Origin: Zootoca vivipara
Lineage: Eukaryota
Direction: 5' to 3'
DNA length: 64,000 nucleotides
Assembly: GCF_963506605.1 (NCBI RefSeq)
Contig: NC_083279.1
Span: forward strand, 52,886,001 to 52,950,000
Both the position numbers and the translations under genes were made by a program. Of this stretch, positions 20,601 to 34,017 are shown piece by piece (position 1 is the stretch's first letter; the number at the start of each line of letters is the position of its first letter). The notes under the pieces were generated by a model. It searched no databases. It was not told the DNA's origin and was given only the letters and a program-made list of their open reading frames with translations.

Positions 20601-21683
20601 ATCATGGAAGAAAATTAATTATTAACGTTAAATAAAAGAACGAACTTTGTTTCATAGCAGATAGCAGCCAACTTAACTGAAAATTTGATCCCCTATTGCT
20701 CAGTTATCGATTGTTCTATTTATATGCTTTCTTTACCTGCTCTTCTCCATAAACTTTGAGAGGGAGTTAAAACAATGTAACATAAAGTTATCAGTGTTAT
20801 CAAAACAATGACCCCCCTTTGTTAGAATTACAAAAACAAGTAAAACCATTCCTGGCAGAACAGCATAAATTCAGCAAAATAACTGGGTCCCACAAAACAC
20901 AATACTTTGAACTGCCAAAGACCAGGGTATAGAGGTGTGTTTTCAGTGTATGTATACAAAGAAGATGCTAAACACATCTAGAGTTCCACAATTTATGAGC
21001 TAACACAGAGAAACGCCCTGCTGGGATGCCATTTCCCACACTTCTGAGAGTGGGGATAACACAGCAACTGGACCTGGGAAGGGGTTAATTTCCTTCATGA
21101 ATGTAAATCACCCAATGGATGATTAAATCACAGGTGCAAAGTCAGCCAAGCCAGTTGCTATGGTAAAATCCCAGTGCTTCAACTATATCTGTGATTAATG
21201 TATGTATCCGAACTTGCATGTATTTGCCTATACAGTATCTGTAGCTGCAAAAACCTGCAAGCTGTATATAACAAGGTCCAGAACTATTTTACTGAGGCTT
21301 GTCTTTTGCAACAATAAACCATTTGGACCTTAAGCTGTTTCCATGGGGTGACTGGTACTGGAAGCAACTTCCACTGCATTTGTATCCCATCTGAGATTCC
21401 CAATAGGTTATGGGTTCAGCTACACAGCTACCATAGCCCAGCTGCAAGAGGTCAGGAAGCAGTAAATTGGTGGGTGGGTGTCTGGACAGATACCAGCAGA
21501 GTTGATGCAGTAAGTTTGCCTCGACTGATTCTCGGGAAGCGGATGTTTGTGAGTGCAACATGGATGATTTTGGATACTATGTACATTGACTCTAGAAGTG
21601 GGTGTCAGTATAATTTGCCCCTCCACCTCAGACAACAAAATATATTGTACTGTTCCTATGAATGAATGAATGAATGCATGATA

Positions 21684-21782
21684 CCCTGTTTCTCATATTT
21701 TAAGACATACCCATAAAATAAGACGTAGCAGGATTTTTAAGCATTCAAAGAATATAAGCCATACCCCGAAAATAAGACATAG
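21684..21782. mobile_element. Left end of a Tc2-like (Tc1/mariner) non-autonomous element
   Basis: TA-ccctgtttctcatattttaagac..., homologous to the left end of 35409-36721; truncated. Confidence 0.7.
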
Positions 21783-22592
21783 AATCCTCTTATTTGTCCA
21801 GGCAGAGCATCACCTGTGGCTCCTAAAAGCTGTGAGCATGTGACAGCAGCCACAGCCCAGGAAATGGCTACGACTGGCTAGCTAAACCAGGTGAGGGTAG
21901 CTGATGGGTCTCAAACTCTCAGTGAGTTAGGGACTTCCCCTGTATATAAATACAGACTCTGGAGGGTTGAGCAGACAAGACCATTAGTGGGTCCAACAGC
22001 CAAGAAGGCACTTACTGGAGATGCTGTATAGGGAAATGAGGGGCAGAGGGGGCCCATAAACCTGGGAAGGTAGCCTATATAGGAGAAGGAAAACTCTGAT
22101 CCCAAATCTCAGCTGTCTTATAGCTATACTCATTCATAGGTCTGTGGGAGTAAACCTTGAGATAAAATTAATACCCGCTGCTTAGTGGGATATCTTTGGG
22201 AGAAGAAAAGGTTAAAGAGTAAACCCTACACAAATCTGGAGTGAAGTTCCCATGACGGTTAGCTGGTATCTTATATGCCTCCTTCTGGCAAATTCTACTG
22301 CCAAGCTGGTGCCAAACGAATTGCTCTGCTTTCCTTTGGACTACATCAGTGAGGCTGAGAGTGGGGTCTTGTCATCTGGGAAGCCCAGGACCTCCCTACA
22401 CACTGCCCAAGCTTGTGCTCTGGAGAGTTCACTTTGGTGCTCCCACTGCAGCAAAAGCAACACAGGAGGCAGCAGTTATGAGTCACCAGTTTCTACATCC
22501 ACAGCAGGCACTGTGATTCCTCAGTGGTTTGACTCCCCCCCCCCCCCGAGGCACACACTATTGTCTCTTGAGACAGATAGATGCCAATAACA
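21783..22592 (+). mobile_element. RTE-related non-coding element (5' UTR-like plus 3' tail-like sequence)
   Basis: Contains ggtagcctatataggagaaggaaaactctgatcc and ends ctattgtctcttgagacagatagatgccaataaca, which I recall from RTE 5' UTRs and 3' ends; no RT ORF. Boundaries approximate. Confidence 0.45.
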
Positions 22593-22654
22593 AGCATCTT
22601 CAGTGAAAGGAACAAATATAGAAATGCTTTACACCTTGCAGAAGATGCACCTCT

Positions 22655-23044
22655 CATAGCTGCCAAGTACCCTGTATTTCCTGGGAAACCCCCGTTTTTT
22701 TCTTACCCTTTCCTGCTGGTCTCCCGTTTGAGCTCCTCTCCCGTTAATCTCCCTTATTTTGGCTCCTGTCAGCGGCCATTTTTCTGGTGTCGCTTTGCCC
22801 ATCTGTGGGCACTAGAAAATGGCCAGCGCCGGAAGTCGTGTCTACACATGTCTGGAAGTGCGTAGATGCAACTTCCGGTGTCGCTTTGCACTTCTGGACA
22901 TGCGTAGACACGACTTCTGGTGCCGGCACGACTTCTGGTGCCGGCACTTTTCGGTGCCCGTAGATGGGCAAAGCGACACCGGCAACTTCCGGTGTCATGT
23001 GGCTGCTGATCCTGGATTTCTCCATGAAAGATTTGGCAGGTATG
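22655..23044. mobile_element. hAT MITE (390 bp, catagctgccaa TIR family)
   Basis: catagctgccaa ... ttggcaggtatg; perfect 8-bp TSD gcacctct (22647-22654 / 23045-23052); internal inverted and direct repeats. Confidence 0.9.
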
Positions 23045-23381
23045 GCACCTCTTGGCATTTGACTCCTGAGATCTGTGTTTTTGGGACCCACTTCTGTTCC
23101 TGTGATTATAATTGTCTATTGATATTTGCTTACTTTTCAGGTAAGCAGGTCCAGAGGGAAAAATGGGCAACCACAGGACTTTGCCCAGGAAATCATTTAT
23201 TTAAATACTTAGGTATTGGAGACATGGACACACATAAGATTTGATTGATTGCATACCCCCCCCCAGGAGACCAATCAATCAATCAATCAATCACCTGAAG
23301 CAAGCAAATGTCATTGCTATTTGGAGCTGTGGAATGATTTCATAATCAGACTAAAATATTTTTGAAAGATGGGAAGGACTG

Positions 23382-23443
23382 TGGGGGTTGGACTAGATGA
23401 CCGTTGTGGTCCCTTCCAACTCTATAATATTAGATGATTCTAT
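23382..23443 (+). mobile_element. CR1 LINE extreme 3' end
   Basis: gggttggactagatgacc...ggtcccttccaactct...atgattctat matches the CR1 3' terminus. Confidence 0.75.
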
Positions 23444-26400
23444 TATCCTTTGTTCAGGCACCCAGTTTTACGCAAGTCATTTAGCCAAAATTGGGGAAAA
23501 AACACATTTACTCATTGTACTTATGTTAAACCAACTCTTTAAAAAGGAAAGAAACATGTTGATGTCCAGCTTTCTGACAGATTCTAGATTTCTCCTGAAT
23601 ATTTTGCACCATGGCAATGTGTTGATATGGATTGCAGCCCAGGTCTTTTTCTTCTGGTAAATTTTCCTTTCTTGCCATAAATAGTATAACTGATGAGATG
23701 CAGACATCAGTTTTGAAATTGTTCCACACCTCTCCACTCTCTGTGAGTCTTTTTTGGTGCTTGCCAAGACTATATATTATGTAAGAGATCTCAGTCTTCA
23801 ATTAACTGTGCCAGTACAGAATTGCCCCTGGCTCTGGTGGTTATAGATAATAGTAATATAGCGTACCTGTAGTAGTTTAGAGCCACTGACTAGCCTAGGT
23901 TGAGGCACAACACCTAAAGTAAAGGCAGAGCAAATGACAGAATGGGGAAGAATTATCCGAAAGAGCCTTAAGTAACAATTGTGCTCCAAGGTTAGTTACG
24001 CAGATTTCTGTTTTCTGAGTAATAACATATATTTTAGCACAATATCTTAAAATGTTTCTAGACGGAGGGTGGAATTCAAAGTAGCATTAAGGAGATTCCT
24101 CCATCCGCCAGTACTTGCCTGAGGTAACACTCCCCCCTCTCATCCCCCTCCACACTGTTCTGGGGTTCTACTGACCCCCCCCCCCAAACCATTTGAGGAG
24201 GAACATGAAGGAAGGAGATGGGGGAAGCCCCATTGCAGTAGCTGGGCTCCTAGTACTAGCTCCTGCTAGTGCAACTAATTCAATAAATCTGGCTCAGAGG
24301 GCTTTTTGAATGTCAAGTGTATTGACTTGAGTGAGCCTGAGGCTCCCCCCCCCACTTTACATTTTTTAGGTTACAGATATTGTTTTTGAAGTGTATACCC
24401 CAGCAGGTGGGGTAGCAAGGGTGGGCCAGCATAAAGGTGGATGGTGACTTTTTGCTTTCAACTTTTTTCTGCTTGATTCATAATTTGCTCCAGCTAACTG
24501 AGAGCCATTTCCCGAAATTCAGAAAATAGTTTGCCTGTTCTCAAGTGAAATTAGGATCCCTTTTGGGACCCCGTTATACTTCTGGTAACATCATTAGGAA
24601 TGAAAAGGCATCAGGATTATCCACAGGTAGGGCCGGATTTAGATGAAAAGAGGCCCTAGGCTACTCCATTTGTGAGGCCCCTCCCCATCCCCCCACCCTC
24701 ACAACTAGAAGAAAATGGAAGAGAATTATAAACAAAATTGAGTGAAGCCAAGGATGATGATGGGTATTCAAAATTCTGCAATTCACAATTTCTCCTTTAA
24801 AGAACATACAATATTATTAAATACCATGGTGGCCTGGGCAGGCCAGGTCTTCCTGTTATATACCTGCTGGGATTGACAAGGCATCTGACCCTCACCTGAA
24901 TCTCATAGCTCTCCTGACGACTGCTTTGGTCTGCCCACCCGATACCAGGCACTCTACCATTCAAATTAGGCCCCAGTATTTTTGTTATAATCCCCTTCTC
25001 AATTAAATAATCAATTATAATCTAGAATTTAAATTCTCAAAACTTTCTTATTTGTTAATTACAAACAGTATTTCTACCTGCAACACACTTGAGCAAACCT
25101 GCTCCTCTTCCTTTCACAGATATTTTGTTGCCACTTGCAACTGTAGCTGCCTCTGATTAGTTACAAAAACAAGATTGGGTGCAGGCCTGGCCAGGACATA
25201 GGCGTCCTGACTGTGACAAAGGTGACCTGTGTGCTTGCTTGCTTGATTAACAGCTGTTGGGAACTTCAAGGTCCCTGCTCTCCCTTCTTATGCTCTTTGT
25301 ACTGGACCTGGAGACTCTTAAAACTACACTGATTCTCAGCCAAGAGAGTGATGTCCCTGTCTATATACCCATTCTATGTCAAACCTATGTTTGCTGCCAT
25401 GAATGTGCGGAATGGCCCTGGGATCTGCAAGTCCCATGTAAATTTGCTAATCCAGAAGACATACCAGCTGCTAGTAGGTCAGTGGAGGGAGAATGAATGC
25501 AAGAAGGTACCTCTGCCTTGAAGTATTTCCCCCTCTTACTTAAGTGCAACAGTGCTAAATCAAGCATAAAGAAAGCTGCCATCTGGGTACTACCTTAAAC
25601 TAACAAACCCCGTGGATATAAAGAAAAGAGGGAATATTGTATGTCAAACATGCAGACACATAATATCAATGAAAACATGCCTTTGGAATGTGGCATTTAT
25701 GTAACTTGCTCCCGGTGAGTTAGATCCCGAGTTCCTATTAAACTGAGCTTTCTGGGTGATTCCGAACCATATGGCACATGTTAGTGATGGACGGAAGACC
25801 TCACCATTGCTGCTTAGCTGCCATCATGCTAGAAACAATGTTTCTTATTTATTGGTGGCACTTGCCTTCTAGAATCCACAATATTCTGGGACTGAGGTGT
25901 ATACAGAAAGGGTAAGAGTAGGAAATGAGAAATGGGGAAGTTGCCTTCTACCTGCATCCCATCAAGAATTTGTAACTACATAGGCTCTTTTTCGGAAGGA
26001 GACTTCTACAACAGTGAACTACAAAAACATCACATACTTTAGGACTCTGTATTTTGGTGGAAATGCATGCATGCTTCCATAATGGATTTCCTGCCTAACA
26101 AAACTCACCAAAACTCTTCTTAATTTGTGTGTGTGTTTGTTAAAAGAATAGATTCAGTTTTAAAGTGCAAATGGAAATTCCTTCTATTCTAAGTATATTT
26201 GGAAAGCTGTGGTGTATTGGGCTGTTGCCTGTAAACCTGCTTTAAATAACAAAGAAAAATAACTCAATTTTGATTATTTGCTATTCTCTGATAATTTTTT
26301 TGGGGATCATCATTGCCTTTTTTAGCAGCAAAGTTAAAGGAATGTAACTGCAGAAAGTATGAATTGATTTCTTTCGTTGTACAAGTCAGACAAAGCTGAA

Positions 26401-28227
26401 TAAAAAGCTTTAAACAATAGGTATCAGGTTGACTTGAAGACTGCAATGTTGTTATTTATTTTTCAAACTGTTGTTTCTTAAAAATTGAATTTTTACATAA
26501 CTTTGCAAGTACAATTAGAAAAAGAGACTCCCTCTCCCACCCCCCACCCAGTAATGTAGCAGAAAACAACAACATTATGCCACAGGTGAACATGTGTATT
26601 TGGCGGGTGCCATATATCTTTGTTGTCATTAGAAAAGCTGATGTGCAGTGTCATTACTGAGTATGGGTATCAAATGTTCATGATAGTGAGAAGTGTGAGA
26701 CATCTTTTGAGTTTGTTGCACCAAGTACTTGGAATCAATTACTAGTGGTCTGGTCTGGCTTCATCCCATCTGGATTTTTGACTTCGTTCCAAATCCATTG
26801 CTCAGTATAGCAGTCTTTGAACTATTCCAGGCTTTAGGTAGTGTTAAATCTTAGATCTGAAGTCAGCAAAACCAAATTTTTACAAAAAACACATTTGAAT
26901 CTACATATAAGCCACTAACGTTAAATCACCCTTCTAAAGGTATATTTCATTTATGGAGTTTCAGCAAATGGTGGCAAAAGTATCTCAAAGAGCTTTAGAA
27001 GAGCAGAAACCATCAATATAGCTTCCCATTACAGTGGCAAAATCTTCCATTTTAACAGAGTGCTATTTTAAATTCGAATCAGGTTTGATAAACCTAACAT
27101 AATATAACCAGTGTGACCAAAGACGTATTAAACATGTTATGTTATGGACAGAATGATCTATTGGCAACATTTGGTCTTACGAAAGCTGTTGATCTGATTT
27201 ACATAATTATATGGCTTGTGATTTTTCAAGCTGTTACTAGTGAACTCACATCATGTGATGATAGAAAGAAGCCACTTGAGGTCATTGCCATACCAATGCA
27301 TGTGCTTTTACATGCAATACTTGAGGGCAAGAGATGTCCCTTTTTGTGATGAATCACCTCTCCTTTCTCATGATGATCGTGGAAGAAAGAAAGAAAGATG
27401 AGTAGAGTGGGGGAAGCAAGATGAAAAAGAGAAAAGTACAAATGAGGCTTGTGTCCTAACCAATTCCAAGAAGTTTCTAGGAAGCTGAATGTTTTCTGAA
27501 AATGCAATGACGTCTGAAAACTAGGGACAGAATTCTCTGGGAAGTTGCCCTTGTGTGTTTCTCAGAGAATTGTACCGCAACGACATATCTACATAGCAGC
27601 TTCAACCAGTTTATTTATTTTAGTCAAGACATTTACAATGTGCCCTGTGATCTCAGGGCAGGGCACACAAACAATTAAAATGACAATGATAGGATATTTT
27701 TTTAATCAAATAAAATCCAGAGCAGAGAAAACCACAAAATAATCTTGAAATGCAATCAGCAATCAAAAAAGTTGTAAGATCAACAATTTCTGAACACTTC
27801 AGCAAATAACCAGGACTTAACCTGGTGTCAAAATGCAAACAAAGTTGATGCCAGAGAGATCTCAGAGGGAAGGGCATCCCACACAATGAATGCTTACATG
27901 GTTTGAGGGAGGTGTCCTTAACTATAAATGAAGTAATCTTCTTGAAAAATCAGATTTGCAGCTGTATGTGTATATCTACATGTCTGAGAGAAAGTGAGTG
28001 CTCTTGGACCCAGCATTACTCCTGGATGAACAGATTGTGGCTGCAACAAAGAGTGCCCTTTACCAGATAAAACTGCTGCATCCATTCTTTTGTCTCTCAT
28101 TCCCATATTAACCTTGTGGGTTAATTACTGGAATGGGTTGTCTTTGAAAATAGTTGGGAAGTCTCAACTAGTTCAGAATTTGCTGCTCACCTCAACATGG
28201 ATTGTTCATGGGGGGAACCTATTAAAT

Positions 28228-28618
28228 CAGGGGTCAGCAAACCTTTTCAGCAGGGGGCTGGTACACTGTCCCTCAGACCTTGTGGGGGGGCTGGACTATA
28301 TTTTGAACAACAAAAAAGGGGGGGAAATATGAATTCCTATGCCCCACAAATAACCCACAGATGCATTTTAAATAAAAGGACACATTCTACTCATGTAAAA
28401 GCACGCTGATTCCCAGACCGTCTGTGGGCCGGATTTAGAAGGTGATTGGGCAGGATCCGGTCCCGGGGCCTTAGTTTGCCTACCCATGGACTTTTATTTA
28501 AAATGCATCTCTGGGTTATTTGTGGAGCATAGGAATTTGTTCACCCCCCCCCAAATATAGTCCGCCCCGCCACAGGATCTGAGGGACAGTGGACCGGCCC
28601 CCGGCTGAAAAAGTTTGC
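28228..28618. mobile_element. hAT MITE (28228-28488) followed by an inverted partial copy (about 28491-28618)
   Basis: Same family as 1020 and 12239; the second part is the reverse complement of the first half of the element. Confidence 0.8.
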
Positions 28619-31600
28619 ACTAGTCCATGGACCACATGCCACTCTTCCCATTGCTCAGCTTTATATGGACTGATAAGACCTTTTTATGTACTTGTGTGTG
28701 TGTGTGTATTTGCAACACAAACACACACAACACTAAAAAAGAAAAAAAGAAAGCTTTAAAAGAAAATACAAAAGCAAGTACAAAACAAATAATGAACATA
28801 TAACCATATTTCAGTTCTTCTTTTCTTCTAGTTGACTTCCTTCATCCTCAATGTGGGTCTGCCTTCATGTTTTCCCTTTTCTTTCTATTTTAAACCTTTA
28901 CACCATAATTTGTTTTGCAAAAGTTAATCAAAACAAGTCCCGGTGTTAATCTGAGGGCAGTGCTTTTTAAGATAATCTCTGTATTTACCCGTGTCTTTTT
29001 GAAATTTCTGTTTATTCAGAACTTGACTATTTCTTTACTGGGAGCTTATTTTTAGTTAGTTCAGACATTCCCCTTTACACTGCTGGGCTGAATTTTGTTT
29101 TGTTTATTGTTTGACTGCTGTTTTAATGCTGCCATGTTTTATTGTACATTGCCATCTTAGCCTTTTTGACAGAAAGGTAGTGAATACATTTTATAAAAGA
29201 AAAAAGAAGAGAATGAAAGAAAGAAGTCGTGTCAGACTGCATGTTTGGGAGCAATGTGACTGAAAGAGAAGAAAGCTGCGTATTGAATGGCATTGCTTCC
29301 TTGGCTTGTGTAGCCTGCCCAGTTTGTACTAGTTCCTGTTGAGGTCTCCATCTGCTATGCTTAGTGGGTCTGAAGTTTTAGCATACATTTCATTTAATCC
29401 AATATTTATTTTGGATCATTTATTTATATAGCCATCAGTCTTGAAACCTAGAGCTGGGGTATGAATTAATACAAAATTAATACAAAACTACTGAAATGGA
29501 AAGCTCCCCACTGCACTAAGTATGGAATATTTGTAAGACTTTCATGGACCTTACTTAAAAGTGTAGCCTGTAAAAAGAAGATGGAAATTACTCAAAACAT
29601 TTCAAACTGACTGACAATCCATATTTCACTTGGCTGTTCATGGCATCTTGGGATATGGTGCAAACCTTTCTTTCCTCCTCTCCTCCTCTCTTCCTCCTCC
29701 TCCTTCCTGTCAAATTGTAAATAATATGTGAAACAATTTAGTGTTGACTCAGTGCTTCTAATTACTTATCCACATTCCCTATGAACAAGAGAGAGCTCAT
29801 ACAGCTCACACACCTACCAGAGAGTAAGTCTTATTGTACCCAAAGGGACTTATTTCTGAGTACGCAGGCAAAGGATTATGCTGTTGAAGTTCCACTGATA
29901 TTAATGGCAGAGCCCTTACTTAAACCTCTCCCACTGAAGTTGATAGGACGAACTTAACTTTGCCTGGATCCTGATTGTGGCTTGGAAACAAACGTCACTG
30001 ATTTCAGTGTGACATTTTCCTCCATTAAGAGACTGGTTATAAGATTATAAGTACGTTTTATAAAATATCTATAATATCCATCAAAGCATTCTTTTGTATA
30101 ATGTTGATTCCAATGAAGAATAAAGCTCAATGGAAGAATTAGCTCAATAGTTTTCCAAACCTTTGCAGTCAATATAAGATGAATGAACCAAATTTGTACA
30201 TTACTCTGAACCTGCTGTTTTACATACCCCAGAAGCATTGTCATTGGGGTCAGTTACAGCTGGCAACCAGCTATTCCTTTAATAATTACTTGAATTTCTC
30301 TCTGGAATTCTGGAATTAAACAACAGTCTCAGTTTAACCCTCTTACGCCTCCAAGACATATCTGGTGCTGTGATAGGAAGGTAATATTGGCTATGCTACT
30401 ATGGAAGGCATAGTAAATGAAAATAATAATAATTTTCATTTAAAACATTGGACTTATTTTTATGTAAAAATGAGTATGGATTGGCATAGCAGCATTAACA
30501 ACTGAATTTTGCTCTATCCTGTCCTAGTCTCCAAGACTTGCTTGTGTTATGTAAAGTTGGGTAACTACCTCTACTCTTTTGCTGCCCGTTTTATATTAAG
30601 AATGAAGCATTCAATATTTTTTCTTGTCATTGGGGATGGATGGCTCTGTCCATTTCGGTACTCTCAAAATATTCAATCTTCAATTCGGTTTTGCAGCAAG
30701 CTGTTTTGTTACCAGAGCAACTGAAGTTTCTAATCCATCATACCAGCTCAGGCAATCAGTGTCAGCGACTTCGAGTATAATGGGACATAAATTGTAATTG
30801 TTAGGTTACTATTATCGTTGTCCCATTTCTGCATAGTGCTCTACACACATATATTAGAAATGTCCTATTTTTCTAAGCTCAAACATTTCCCCATGGATTA
30901 TACTTTTCACTGTGAATGGGTCATGAACTGTAAACAAAAAGAGAGAGAAGCCATAACTCAGGTTAATGCTAAACAATGTCAAATGAGAGTTATTGTATAA
31001 ATTTGGTGCAATTTGTCTGTTTACTTGGGGGATTACTTCCTTTCATTATGTAGGCATTAAAATGCTGAGGGGCTGAGTCATCAGGGAGTTGAAGCAGGTT
31101 TTGAAAAGTGATCTCCTGCCATTGACGTACATGCAAGGTAAGAAAAGTTTTATTTCATTGTAACATCAGACTTTAATGTGATGGTTAGAAAGGAAATCCA
31201 GTAAGTCAGCAGAGTGCATTAAATGTAAGATTTGGCCTTATAATCACCATCGTATTCTAAGCTGAATATCTCCTGCTTCTGGGAAGCCAGTTATTTCAAT
31301 TATGAAATAAATGCTGTAATTCTGATAAACATTTTTAAATGGTTCCTTTGCTTCCTCCCCTCCTACTCAGGTTAGAAACAATGGTATTATGGGGAAGCTA
31401 TGACCAAGCCAAAAAGCAGGTGTTTCTAAATAAGAATTACATGTGGCATTAGATTGTGCCATGGAACGGACATTGCAACCCATCAACCATTTCCTCTGAG
31501 CAAATGGGATCCATGGGATCATTATCTCCAAGTAAGTGATTCACATGATTGCAGCCATTCAGTGCTCTAGGAGAAGCAGCACTTTGTGACCCACCTAGAG

Positions 31601-31946
31601 ATCTTAAAATATAATATGCAAGAGACATGGAAAGAGAAGCATTTCCACATGGTGCCATTATAATTGGTTTGGAGAACATTCTGTATTGATTATGCTTTTT
31701 AAAAGCTGCCCTGAATTTCTTGCTAGCTTTGCAGAATTGATAGGAGAACAAGTATTTTCAACTTAGTTCCCCCCCCTGTTTCGTGATATATGCTATTCAT
31801 TTTTAGTTTATTTATTAAAACATTTATATATTACTGTTTATAAGAATTAAAGTTTACACTTATACATAAAACCACACAATAAAAACCATGTCAAAAGTTA
31901 AAATTAGAAATCAGCTATTATGCAAAGATACTTTTAGTATATAAAC

Positions 31947-32280
31947 TGTTGGCACGTGACCAAGGAAACGGGGGCAACTGGCAGGCCCCCAGCTGGCTCC
32001 AGCCCTGCCGGCCAAAGTGCCGGGCGATCTCCGATCCCTGGTGCAGCATAAATCAGCGTCCCAGACTTCAGAAGCCTGGGCATACTACACTTGCAGACAG
32101 CAGAAGTGGCACGAGAGGCTTGTGTGGGCATATTTACAAGCAGGTTTATTAAGCGTAAATCAGGACAAAGAGAAACATGTCTGATCTCCTTTGTGTCCAA
32201 AGCAAAACAGAAAGCTACACACAAATAGAAGTTCCCAGCATACAATGCTGGTGTATTACGCAGATGTGTGACATGCAACA
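31947..32280 (-). mobile_element. LTR (334 bp) with adjacent polypurine tract
   Basis: TGTTG...CAACA termini; AATAAA on minus near 32145; minus strand immediately upstream reads aagagcaggcggggaac (PPT-like); no TSD. Confidence 0.6.
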
Positions 32281-33127
32281 GTTCCCCGCCTGCTCTTAAG
32301 GTGGATTGGAATACCCTAACATAAATATCTATGCGGGCATGGTGCTTTTCTTGTTATCGACAAATCACAATATATATTCACAACCAGTGGAAGGGGGAAA
32401 TTGTTTAAACTTTCTGCTGTGACCTGTGATGCCACCATGGTACATCAGCACAATTTACCTTGAGGAGTGCCATTATAGTTTTGTATGCATTGAGATTATT
32501 TGGTAAAACTGCTGGTTTTTTATTTAAGCAAAGTTGAAAACCCCTCAACATTGTGTAAAATAAAACCCAAAGACAAATGAAGAATTCCCAGCAATATTTA
32601 TTTATAACACTCCTAATAAAGTGTTGCATGGTCTGAAACATGTGCTGGAAAGATACTTTTAAAAGATAGCAAACAATCTTGATTTAGAATGAAGTTATAT
32701 TTTGGATTTGCAGTGGTAACTGCTGTTTTCAGTGTCAAGTGCTACAGGAGCGTCAACTCTTAGTTGTCAACTAAGATAATTTTCTTTTCTCCTAAATGGA
32801 ATTTGTTGTAAATGATCAAAGGCCATGTGGAATCAAATATGGGAAACAAACCTACCCGGTTCTTTGATCACATAAATGCATCCTGAAGACCAGGATTTGC
32901 TGGTGGAGGCGGCTGACTGGGGAACTAGGGATGAGACCTTTGCAACAAATGAAGTGCTAGAAGGCCATAACACTGGAATCATGGCATAACCTGTTTTCTC
33001 ATCCTTTGAACCAGTGAAAATAGCAAAGTACAGTTAAGGCTATGATTTACAGAGCATCTGACCCATTGAGAAACCATGTGCTGAAATATAACAGGGGGGG
33101 AAAAGGAATTGTATGTCATTCCTTTTT

Positions 33128-33225
33128 GTTGTTTAGTCGTTTAGTCGTGTCCGACTCTTCGTGACCCCACGGACCATAGCACGCCAGGCACTCCTGTCTT
33201 GCACTGCCTCCCGCAGTTTGGTCAA
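33128..33225 (-). mobile_element. Very short 3' Bov-B insertion
   Basis: KLREAVQDRSAWRAMVRGVTKSRTRLND; TSD attccttttt (33118-33127 / 33226-33235). Confidence 0.9.
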
Positions 33226-33717
33226 ATTCCTTTTTAGAATGATTTTTAATGAGAATGGAAAACTGAATGCTTTAATTTGCTTGTTGCTTGTTACACTCTT
33301 TAAACTGCAACCCATACTGTATTTTTAGCCAGGGCACTGGCTAAAGGCAAGTAAGGAAAACACAAATTTGATTAGTAGGAAAGAATACACAATGTTCCCC
33401 GCAATTAAGGATGTCTAATTCTGAGTGTTTTGAAATCAGATTGGGACTGGTGAAGAGATGATTGCTGACTCAGACGACATATTCCATTTGCATGAGTACT
33501 GGATGAATCTGGATTTACAATATTACCTTCATTTACATAGGACTTAAGAAAATAAATTTATTTCCTGTTACCTATGGTGATGCTTTTAAATGGGTTTTTA
33601 ACACTGCATTTTATTTCTTGTTGAATTTATGTATTTTTATTGCTTTCTTCTTTGAATTTTAATATACTGTATTTTCATTGGACTGTGATTTTAAATTGTT
33701 ACAAGCTACCCTGAGTA

Positions 33718-34017
33718 GGGACCCAGGTGGTGCTGTGGGTTAAACCACAGAGTCTAGGGCTTGCTGATCAGAAGGTTGGCGGTTCGAATCCCTGCAACGG
33801 AGTGAGCTCCCATTGCTCGGTCCCAGCCCACCTAGCAGTTTCCGTGCGCTGCTCTGGTTCGCCAGAAGCAGCTTTGTCATGCTGGCCACATGACCCAGAA
33901 GCTGTCTGCAGACAAACGCTGGCTCCCTCGGCCTATAGAGTGAGATGAGCGCCGCAACCCCAGAGTCGGACACAACTGGACCTGATGGTCAGGGGCCCCT
34001 TTACCTTTACCTTTACC
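33718..34017 (+). mobile_element. Sauria SINE with internal deletion
   Basis: Head and tail as in other copies; central about 60 bp missing; imperfect TSD ctgagtag / ctaagtag. Confidence 0.9.
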
